This document shows positions 54,369-61,257 of a stretch of DNA of 64,000 nt, one piece after another (within the stretch, counting starts at the first letter, position 1; every line of letters begins with the position of its first letter). The position numbers and the translations under genes are program-made. The notes beneath the pieces were generated by a model. The model saw only the letters and a list, made by a program, of their open reading frames with translations. It was not told where the DNA came from and made no database searches. Where the stretch lies: positions 4,197-68,196 of the IMG/VR virus record IMGVR_UViG_3300046779_000717, one strand, 5' to 3'. The stretch comes from a virus (Duplodnaviria; Caudoviricetes).

Positions 54369-55933
54369 GCTCTTACGTTAGTGATGATACAGTTTGTGCT
54401 TAAGATGGTCGTGGCAACGCTCACCGCGTTCTCCAACGCACTCTTGGTTACTTTCAGTGGGTCGATGATGCCCATCTCGATCATGTTGCCTACCTTTCCG
54501 TCTTTCACGTCGTAGCCATACCCGAACTTACCTTGGTATCCCAAAGCGATCTCGCCCTTGATCTCGTTCGCGTCGTATCCGCCGTTCTCCAAGATCGTGT
54601 TGAAAGGCTGTTGCATTGCGTGCTTGATGATGCTCTTTGCAGTAGAGCAACCGCAGATCTCTCCGGCGATGTTCAACAGTGCAATACCACCACCAGGAAG
54701 AATACCTCCCTCCATAGCGGCCTTGGTCGCGTATACCGCGTCCTCGACCCGGTCTTTCTTTTCTTTCAGCTCAACGTCGCTCTGCGCTCCAACGTAGATA
54801 ACACCAACACCCCCCGCAAGGTTCGCCAAGCGCTCCTCTAAGTGTTTTTTCACGTACTCGTTTGTCTCGTCGGCCAACTTTGCACGGATACCCTCCACGC
54901 GGCTGTCGACACGCTGCGATACCTCGTCGTCTGTCATGATAACAGTGCTGGTAGAGCTAACCACTACTTTCTGTGCGTGACCCAGGTCAGCGAAAGAGAT
55001 CGTGTACAGGTTGTCCCCCGTTCCGTCAGAGATGAACTTTGCACCTGTTGCAGCTGCGATGTCCTCCATGATCTCGGAGCGGTTAGCACCGAAACTAGGT
55101 GGAACGATAGCACAAACCTTGATCACGCCCTTCAGCCTGTTCAAGTTTAAGCTGTTCAATGCGTTCTCGGCCAGCTCAGCAATGATTAATATACTCTTTC
55201 CACTCTGAACTACCGGCGCCAGTAGGTGCTCGATAGAGTTCAAGCTCTGGATCTCCTGGTCAGACACCAACACGTAGCAGTCCTCAAGGATCGCTTCGTT
55301 CTTTTTCTGGTCTGTAACGAAGTACTTGCTGGTCCATCCCCTGTCAAGTTTCATCCCGGAAACAACCTCAGAATAGGTTGTTGCATTGTTTGAGTTCTCG
55401 ACAGTCACAACGCCGTCTTTGCCGACCATTGAGTAGGCGTCAGAGATGATTTGCCCCAGCTCGGGGTCGTTGTTGGCAGAAATGGTAGCCACAGACGCCA
55501 AAGACTCGTCGGTAACTGGTATCGCCATTACGTCCAACGACTGAGCGACAGCTGCTGCAAGCTCCTTGATCTCTCTCAAGACCTTTGTCTTGTTGTCCTC
55601 TGGCTTCATGAACTGCTGAGCGCCATGGATCAGGCCCTGTGTCAGCACAATGCTGGTAGTTGTGCCGTCTCCGGCCGCTGTTGCGGTCCTCTCAGAGGCC
55701 TCACGCATCATCTGCACAGCCAAGTTCTCTGTGGGATCGCTCAAAATGATGGATCTTGCCACACTTACACCGTCTTTTGTGATGTGAAGGCCATGAGTAA
55801 ACTGGTCAGACTCAATCAAAACTGTTTGTCCTCGTGCTCCGAGGGTGCTCTTTACTGCATTCGCGATGGTGTCAATACCAGACACCAGCTTTGCACGGGC
55901 GTCAGCCCCAAATTCAACTTGTTTTACGATCAT
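54365..55933 (-). CDS. groEL: Chaperonin GroEL
   Basis: ITKDGVSVA, AGDGTTTS, KDRVEDAVYATKAA, ILPGGG, GIIDPLKV; start ATG 55933; no GGM tail. Confidence 0.96.
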   Translation of the reverse strand: MIVKQVEFGADARAKLVSGIDTIANAVKSTLGARGQTVLIESDQFTHGLHITKDGVSVARSIILSDPTENLAVQMMREASERTATAAGDGTTTSIVLTQGLIHGAQQFMKPEDNKTKVLREIKELAAAVAQSLDVMAIPVTDESLASVATISANNDPELGQIISDAYSMVGKDGVVTVENSNNATTYSEVVSGMKLDRGWTSKYFVTDQKKNEAILEDCYVLVSDQEIQSLNSIEHLLAPVVQSGKSILIIAELAENALNSLNLNRLKGVIKVCAIVPPSFGANRSEIMEDIAAATGAKFISDGTGDNLYTISFADLGHAQKVVVSSTSTVIMTDDEVSQRVDSRVEGIRAKLADETNEYVKKHLEERLANLAGGVGVIYVGAQSDVELKEKKDRVEDAVYATKAAMEGGILPGGGIALLNIAGEICGCSTAKSIIKHAMQQPFNTILENGGYDANEIKGEIALGYQGKFGYGYDVKDGKVGNMIEMGIIDPLKVTKSALENAVSVATTILSTNCIITNVRA

Positions 55934-55957
55934 AGTAGATTTTATTGGTGCAAATAT

Positions 55958-55983
55958 AAACAAAAATGGGGCCGTAGCCCCAC
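55958..55983 (-). terminator. Rho-independent terminator
   Basis: TGGGGC/GCCCCA stem with U-tract on the minus strand, adjoining the groEL promoter at 55951-55958. Confidence 0.7.
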
Positions 55984-55999
55984 TTTCTGTCAAATTGTC

Positions 56000-56170
56000 T
56001 TACTTTGATTTTGCTTTCTTCAAGAACTCGTCCTTGGAGAAGCTCACTCCCTCGCGTATAAACTGCGATACCATGCCCTTGGCGATAGCCTTGCGGTTGG
56101 CCGGGCTCTTGACCTTGCGTAGGATCGATGCCACACCAGACACCATAGCCTTGTCGTTCTTGTTTGCCAT
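56000..56170 (-). CDS. Small basic protein (56 aa, not in ORF track)
   Basis: MANKNDKAMVSGVASILRKVKSPANRKAIAKGMVSQFIREG...; TAATG-coupled to the endolysin. Confidence 0.75.
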   Translation of the reverse strand: MANKNDKAMVSGVASILRKVKSPANRKAIAKGMVSQFIREGVSFSKDEFLKKAKSK

Positions 56171-56748
56171 TATAAGTCCCTGCTTTCAATTAACGTGTAT
56201 GTCCACTTCTCGCCCTTGTCCAACTGCACGATCCGCATGAACTCATCAAAGTCCTTGACCCGCTTGAACACCTGGCAACCCTCTGACCAGTTCTCTACCA
56301 CCGCCGAGTCAGCACCCGCGTGGTGGATGTTAATGCCAAAGATCCCCGTCTCTATCTTGGTCTCGTCGAACACCATGTCCTTGTTAGCGTCCCTGTATAC
56401 TTTCACCGGCCCGCATTGTTTCAACGCCTTGTACTTGCCCTGGTGCAAACCAACAAAGTGTGAGCCAGGATACTGGCCTGGTACTACGCGTGCAACGCCA
56501 CCCGCATTGTGGAACTGCTTCACCGCTTTTGTTCCTGGGTCAGTTGTGCATGCCCACTTGTGGAACTGCCAAATACCCTTGTCGTCTTTGTACGACAATG
56601 TCATCCAGTCGTCGAAGATGTTCGTTACCTTTTTTCCAGGAGATGAGTTTCTAACTCCAATTACATTCATGTTGTACGATCCGTTGTCGAAATACTTGTA
56701 TCCAAGTTTGGCGCAAGCCGCCATGACCGTTTCTCTAGTTACTTCCAT
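56170..56748 (-). CDS. Putative endolysin, L,D-transpeptidase (YkuD)-like peptidase
   Basis: GINIHHAG...NWSEGCQV (HxxG...SxGC), TTDPG, PGQY. Confidence 0.7.
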   Translation of the reverse strand: MEVTRETVMAACAKLGYKYFDNGSYNMNVIGVRNSSPGKKVTNIFDDWMTLSYKDDKGIWQFHKWACTTDPGTKAVKQFHNAGGVARVVPGQYPGSHFVGLHQGKYKALKQCGPVKVYRDANKDMVFDETKIETGIFGINIHHAGADSAVVENWSEGCQVFKRVKDFDEFMRIVQLDKGEKWTYTLIESRDL

Positions 56749-56808
56749 ACAACGAAGATAATAATCTTTGTTGACAACATAGGCTATAATCTCACTTTGC
56801 GAGTTTAT

Positions 56809-57021
56809 GCCGTTGTGTCGTTTTTTGGGTTCCCTATTCTCTTTATATATTTTACTACTCTTTATATATTTTTTTAAATCCTTATTTAAAGTAAAAAAAT
56901 CGACACAAATAAAGTAATATAATAGAAATCAATGAGTTAGAGTATGCCGCTTCAAGTGTCACTTTAAGTAGAAGCGACACATGTCCACAAAAAATCGACA
57001 CTTATCAACAAAAATCGACAC
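56809..57021. repeat. Origin-like element B, homologous to 344-557
   Basis: GTGTCG at 56815; TCGACAC at 56900, 56995, 57015; GCGACAC at 56974; AT tract; exact IHF consensus AATCAATGAGTTA at 56927-56939. Confidence 0.6.
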
Positions 57022-57076
57022 AAGACAAGCCGTATTTTCGGCTTGTTGTTGATGCCCGTTGTTATTGTACACAATA

Positions 57077-57101
57077 CAAAAAGCCACCCTTTTGAGGTGG
57101 C
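57077..57101 (-). terminator. Rho-independent terminator
   Basis: GCCACC/GGTGGC stem, U-tract on the minus strand, after the 57130-57309 gene. Confidence 0.7.
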
Positions 57102-57129
57102 CTTCATGAATAAGGTTAGATACTAGTTG

Positions 57130-57309
57130 TTACTTACAGCTTCTTTTGACCCTCATTGTCATCGGCATGTCTTTCATTTTAGATGCCATTGACATGGCTT
57201 CGGCCATCTGCATGGTCTTTTTCATCTGCTTCATCTGACTCTTGGTCTCAAGCAATTTTGCGATGCCAGTCGACTGAGGAGGCATAGGATTGTTTAATGG
57301 TCTTTTCAT
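57130..57309 (-). CDS. Small Met/Lys-rich protein (59 aa, not in ORF track)
   Basis: MKRPLNNPMPPQSTGIAKLLETKSQMKQMKKTMQMAEAMSMASKMKDMPMTMRVKRSCK; promoter 4 nt upstream. Confidence 0.75.
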   Translation of the reverse strand: MKRPLNNPMPPQSTGIAKLLETKSQMKQMKKTMQMAEAMSMASKMKDMPMTMRVKRSCK

Positions 57310-57351
57310 GTAGCAAAGATAGCTAAACTATGTTTAGTTATGTTGGAAGCG

Positions 57352-57486
57352 TCACCATATAAACGTAACACGGATCAAACCAAGGTTGATGTCAAGCTCC
57401 TGATGCTCGCCAGGATAGTTAGACTCAAAGTACTCGACGCCTACCAGAAAGGCGGAGGGAAACAGTAATGCAATTTCAATGCCCAT
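57352..57486 (-). CDS. Small hypothetical protein (44 aa, not in ORF track)
   Basis: MGIEIALLFPSAFLVGVEYFESNYPGEHQELDINLGLIRVTFIW; TACATTTG 4 nt upstream. Confidence 0.7.
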   Translation of the reverse strand: MGIEIALLFPSAFLVGVEYFESNYPGEHQELDINLGLIRVTFIW

Positions 57487-57687
57487 AAGGCAAATGTAAA
57501 CCTAAAAGTTGAGAGTTTCAAGATGTGTTTGTACCTATAGGTATAATACCGGGGAGTATCAGATAAGGGGACTCTTTGGGTTATCCCCCCACATTCTGCG
57601 CCCGGCCCCCGATCGGAAAGTCGATTATTTTGACCCATGCCCCTTGCGTTTTGAAAGTTCGGCCCGAAATTTCTACCTTTTTGGGCG

Positions 57688-57721
57688 GTGCTACCTGTCC
57701 GCCCCTGTGCTACCTGTCCGC
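57688..57721. repeat. 15-bp direct repeat in the GC-rich divergent intergenic region
   Basis: GTGCTACCTGTCCGC at 57688-57702 and 57707-57721. Confidence 0.8.
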
Positions 57722-57877
57722 GCCCGTCAACACGCGGGAAACTGCGGAAACACTGAGGGTTTCCTCTGCATCCTCACACACACGCCTAGATAAACTTTTG
57801 TCCCTGTATCTCGTTGACTGATTTGCGATTTCTTTTAAAAATATTTTGAAAATAATTCAATTATTTTTGTGAAAATG

Positions 57878-57908
57878 TTTGTAGGTATCAACATAAGTAG
57901 TATATTTG
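57878..57908 (+). promoter_or_regulatory. Consensus Bacteroidota early promoter
   Basis: TTTG (57878-81), 19 nt spacer, TATATTTG (57901-08), preceded by an AT-rich UP-like tract. Confidence 0.85.
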
Positions 57909-57931
57909 TGTACCCTTAAGAATTAAACGAC

Positions 57932-58207
57932 ATGAACACACAAATCAACCTAACCGAACTAGAGCAGACCTTGCTCACCGAATTCATTGGAAGTCTTTAT
58001 GCCGAGGAAGGCTATTCAGACGTCGACGCAAAAGACCTTGCACAGGGAACAGGTATCGACATTAAGATAGTACGAGGCGCACTAGGCAGTCTAGTTAAGA
58101 AAGGCATTGTATCAATTGAGACTATGCAAAATTGGGGCGAGAAGGCCTATGAAATTATCTATCTGAACGAGGATTATTGGTACATGCATCCAAGATGGGG
58201 CAAATAG
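57932..58207 (+). CDS. Winged-helix DNA-binding protein, first early gene
   Basis: LTELEQTLL...DAKDLAQGTGIDIKIVRGALGSLVKKGIV. Confidence 0.7.
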   Translation: MNTQINLTELEQTLLTEFIGSLYAEEGYSDVDAKDLAQGTGIDIKIVRGALGSLVKKGIVSIETMQNWGEKAYEIIYLNEDYWYMHPRWGK

Positions 58208-58260
58208 GTTAACTGACGAGTCCTTAATGGACGAAACGGGCAGAGATGCCCGTCTTAACC
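58207..58260 (+). ncRNA. Type I hammerhead ribozyme
   Basis: GGTTAA-CTGACGA-GTCC(TTAAT)GGAC-GAAA-CGGGCA(GAGA)TGCCCG-TC-TTAACC: complete catalytic core and three perfect stems; GUC cleavage after 58254. Confidence 0.95.
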
Positions 58261-58274
58261 AAACCAACAAAGAC

Positions 58275-58457
58275 ATGGAATTCTTATTAATCAACGACGG
58301 CAGAATTGTAAAGGCCAAAAACAAGGTAGAAGCGCTAAGGTCATCGGGCTATGATTTTATCTATTGGGAAGGCAACACACCATATGGTGTAGAATATCCC
58401 GCTAGCAAGCGTAAGGCATACGCCATCAGAAAGCCCAAGAATGCAATTTGGAAATAA
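58275..58457 (+). CDS. Hypothetical protein
   Basis: Start moved to ATG 58275; the tracked start 58227 lies inside the ribozyme. Confidence 0.7.
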   Translation: MEFLLINDGRIVKAKNKVEALRSSGYDFIYWEGNTPYGVEYPASKRKAYAIRKPKNAIWK

Positions 58458-58469
58458 ACACACAAAGAC

Positions 58470-58742
58470 ATGAAAATCTATTCAGTAAAACTCAGCGAAG
58501 ACGGAACTGCTCGTCAAGTTTACACCAACGTCAAGGCGTTGTACAATGGAATCGAGACCTACGGGTACACCCCGAAATCAATACACATTGATGCCAACAA
58601 CGACATGCCTTACAACTACAACAATTTGCTCAAGGCAATCAAGGACTCGTCAAACGATGGTCAGTACTACGCAATCGCATTCATCAACTGCGACAACGGA
58701 AGTGATATAACCATAGTAGAACACGAAATCATATCAAAATAA
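58470..58742 (+). CDS. Hypothetical protein
   Basis: 90 aa early gene. Confidence 0.7.
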   Translation: MKIYSVKLSEDGTARQVYTNVKALYNGIETYGYTPKSIHIDANNDMPYNYNNLLKAIKDSSNDGQYYAIAFINCDNGSDITIVEHEIISK

Positions 58743-58792
58743 ATTTGGTAGACTCAGAAATAATAACTAAAATCGTGAACAATTTAATCAAC

Positions 58793-59191
58793 ATGAATAC
58801 ACTTATGCAAACCCCAAGAAATTTAGTTGCCTTGTTGCGCAACGCGGAGACAAACAACGAAGGTTTCTCCTACAACATCAACAACGGAGACGTAAACCCC
58901 GACAAAGGATTTATGGTATCGCGTATCGGTCACGAAGAGATTGTGCCACAAGGCGCAGACCTAATGGCCTATGGCAAACACTACTTCTATCGCCATGCCG
59001 AGGCATTGGCCGAGAGCAACGCCTACATGGGATGTTGGTACAACGGCAGTCAGTTTGTATTTGACGTATCAGACAACGTACAAACCAAAGAGGTAGCCAT
59101 CGCATTGGGCGAACTGAACAACCAAGAGGCGATTTGGGATTGCGCATCGGGCTCTGAGTACCGATTGATGAGAGAGGGGGACGCGATATGA
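58793..59191 (+). CDS. Conserved-looking early protein (possible SAM-lyase-like fold)
   Basis: EGFS...GFMVS...YMGCW...FDVSD...ALGELNNQEAIWD; start ATG 58793. Confidence 0.6.
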   Translation: MNTLMQTPRNLVALLRNAETNNEGFSYNINNGDVNPDKGFMVSRIGHEEIVPQGADLMAYGKHYFYRHAEALAESNAYMGCWYNGSQFVFDVSDNVQTKEVAIALGELNNQEAIWDCASGSEYRLMREGDAI

Positions 59192-59520
59192 AATACAATT
59201 TAGTAATCAGCAGAACTTACGCCACCGAGATTGAGGTGACCGCAGACAACATGGCAGAGGCATGGGATTGGGTAAACCAAAACAGCGACGCCATCTACGA
59301 AGCAGAGATGGAGCAGTGCAACGTCATCAGCGAGGAGACGGACATGAGAGAGATAGGGCCATCATTGAACGAGGCTGAGGAACTTCTCGACCTTGCTCAG
59401 CACATCGGCCGATATCTTGACAAGTACATTCACGTCTCAAGTTATGTCCCAAAGGAGATGAGAGACATCTTGTCACAAATGGCATCACACGCACAAGAAT
59501 ACTACAACGACGAGGATTAA
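59188..59520 (+). CDS. Hypothetical acidic protein
   Basis: YNLVISRTYATEIEVTADNMAEAWD N-terminal motif. Confidence 0.7.
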   Translation: MKYNLVISRTYATEIEVTADNMAEAWDWVNQNSDAIYEAEMEQCNVISEETDMREIGPSLNEAEELLDLAQHIGRYLDKYIHVSSYVPKEMRDILSQMASHAQEYYNDED

Positions 59521-59527
59521 ATCCTCA

Positions 59528-59572
59528 TCCCAAGCCAAAGGAATGCAGTCAGTTCGAGTCTGACCTTGGGAG
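59528..59572 (+). ncRNA. tRNA-like minihelix 1 (acceptor stem and T arm only)
   Basis: TCCCAAG/CTTGGGA, GTCAG-TTCGAGT-CTGAC, 13-nt linker; intergenic. Confidence 0.8.
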
Positions 59573-59591
59573 CAAATTAATAACACAACAT

Positions 59592-59861
59592 ATGAACATT
59601 CGAACAATTTACGCAAGACAAAAGTCAGCAGGTGTTGACTACATGCAACGACTCATCAACAACGGATCGGTTTGGCAGATGGAAGGGTCAATGGGACGCG
59701 AGGCAATGCGCCTACTAGAGGCAGGCATCTGCATGCTACCAAAGAAATCATTCACCGACCACTACGGCAATCGTGTTCCATCACGTGACGAACTGAAAGG
59801 TTGCACAAAGGGAACATACGCCAATGCGGTTAGGTATTGGTCTAATGGATGGGAGGACTAA
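59592..59861 (+). CDS. Hypothetical protein
   Basis: 89 aa; QRLINNGSVWQMEGSMGREAMRLLEAGICML. Confidence 0.7.
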   Translation: MNIRTIYARQKSAGVDYMQRLINNGSVWQMEGSMGREAMRLLEAGICMLPKKSFTDHYGNRVPSRDELKGCTKGTYANAVRYWSNGWED

Positions 59862-59863
59862 TC

Positions 59864-60052
59864 ATGACATTCGACGAAAGAGTAGACATACTGAAAAGAA
59901 TTGGTTTCACAGAGACCCGTGTTGGGATGACAAATGGAACATATGCATTCCTATGGTATCAGATAGACACGGGTGCGATGAGCGACAAAGAATTTAAAGA
60001 ATATTACAATTCAATGACAAATAAATTAGGTTATCAACAAGATAGTAACTAA
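59864..60052 (+). CDS. Hypothetical protein
   Basis: 62 aa from ATG 59864. Confidence 0.6.
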   Translation: MTFDERVDILKRIGFTETRVGMTNGTYAFLWYQIDTGAMSDKEFKEYYNSMTNKLGYQQDSN

Positions 60053-60080
60053 TATTGCATACCCAAACAAACAAAAAGAT

Positions 60081-60650
60081 ATGGCTAACCATTGTTACAA
60101 TTCAGCAACTATCGAGGGCTCAGAGCAGATGCTCAACCTATTCGAGCAACGCCTCAATGAGGCAACTAAAAGACACCAAGGTTTCTTGTTCCATGCATCA
60201 TTTTACGAAGTGCTTGGTATGGAATCGACTGACGAAGAAACATGGGCAGACTCATATTTCGACCTTGGGTCTAGGTGGTTCTACCCGTTGTGGGAGAGAC
60301 AATCGCCAACCACTGGCGTATTGAGCGGTGACTCTGCGTGGTCGCCAGTATCTGAGTTCTTTCGCAAACTATCTGAGGCATACGAACTGAAGATTGAGTC
60401 AACATACGAAGAATGCGGAGAAAACTTCGGTGGATGGTATGACTGCGTCAACGGAGAGGTAACACGTGACGTAACAACATCATACTTCGCATTCAGATAC
60501 ATGGACGAGGGCGACTACTACATTCAGAACCTAATCGAGGATGCAGAGGATGGATATTGGGAGAGCGCAGATGAACTAGACGAGGACTTGCTCGAGGTGA
60601 TGAGTGACGAGGACAAACAAAGTTTAATTAACGCAATAAACAAGATATGA
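60081..60650 (+). CDS. DUF1281/YubB ferredoxin-like family protein
   Basis: MANHCYNSATIEG...LGSRW...DSAWSPV...YEECGENFGG. Confidence 0.7.
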   Translation: MANHCYNSATIEGSEQMLNLFEQRLNEATKRHQGFLFHASFYEVLGMESTDEETWADSYFDLGSRWFYPLWERQSPTTGVLSGDSAWSPVSEFFRKLSEAYELKIESTYEECGENFGGWYDCVNGEVTRDVTTSYFAFRYMDEGDYYIQNLIEDAEDGYWESADELDEDLLEVMSDEDKQSLINAINKI

Positions 60651-61048
60651 AATACACAACACAAGACAACTTCACGTGGTACACAATTGAACCACACGTG
60701 GCTAGAATCCTACACGACGCAGACTACTGCGTGTATGAACTGCATGACGACGACTCAGAGTCATTGTGTGTAGATGGTCACGAGTTCAGTAACGCTAGCG
60801 GTGTGCGCTACGCCATCGAGACTCCGTCAAACGACGTTATCCATTGCTTGTGCGGAGAGAATGCAATTGCTCCATTCATTGATGGTAATCTTGAGAACTG
60901 CTTTGACGCCATCTTTAGTTATCGCACTGCTGACATCACGTTCTTTGGTCACAACGACGAACTGACAAGTGTGTTGAAGAAATTGTCAAAGTGTGGTGCT
61001 ACCATGTCAATTTCGCCAGCAGAGTTCTTGAGTATAATTGAATTGTAA
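60647..61048 (+). CDS. Hypothetical protein
   Basis: 133 aa, ATGA-coupled. Confidence 0.65.
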   Translation: MKYTTQDNFTWYTIEPHVARILHDADYCVYELHDDDSESLCVDGHEFSNASGVRYAIETPSNDVIHCLCGENAIAPFIDGNLENCFDAIFSYRTADITFFGHNDELTSVLKKLSKCGATMSISPAEFLSIIEL

Positions 61049-61257
61049 TCAACTAGACGTGGCTTGACCGCCACCCTAGTTCAAGCACCGCTATCAGCCC
61101 GATAGCACAAGCCAAGGTGGATCACTTGGGGTGACAAAGTTCTTTGACATATTGGACGATTGTTTGGTGGTCGAATGACCGACCAACTATGTACGCACAC
61201 TTCACTGAGTCTCAGTGATTGAATTGGTATGGAACAGCCAAGGTGATGCGGTGAACA
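61049..61257 (+). ncRNA. Hairpin-dense candidate ncRNA segment
   Basis: Successive hairpins GCTTGA/TCAAGC, GCTATC/GATAGC, TTGGTGGTC/GACCGACCAA, TCACTGAG/CTCAGTGA; no credible + strand ORF. Confidence 0.5.

Noticed and set aside
55914-56189. 91-aa minus-strand ORF in the track
   Set aside because: A different frame (56000-56170) is TAATG-coupled to the endolysin, ends before the terminator and looks like a real protein.
56771-56790. TTGACA...TATAAT sigma70 promoter
   Set aside because: The spacer is only 8 nt, and the host promoter type here is TAnnTTTG.
57441-57821. Several 65-94 aa ORFs in the GC-rich switch region
   Set aside because: Mutually overlapping, Pro/Arg/Cys-rich translations of repeats and palindromes with no initiation context.
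58227-58274. Tracked start of the 76-aa ORF
   Set aside because: It lies within hammerhead stem II and would be severed by cleavage; ATG 58275 has the A-rich context.
59528-59572. attP-type tRNA 3' fragment
   Set aside because: It includes the complementary 5' acceptor strand, which att cores lack, and no integrase is present in the window.
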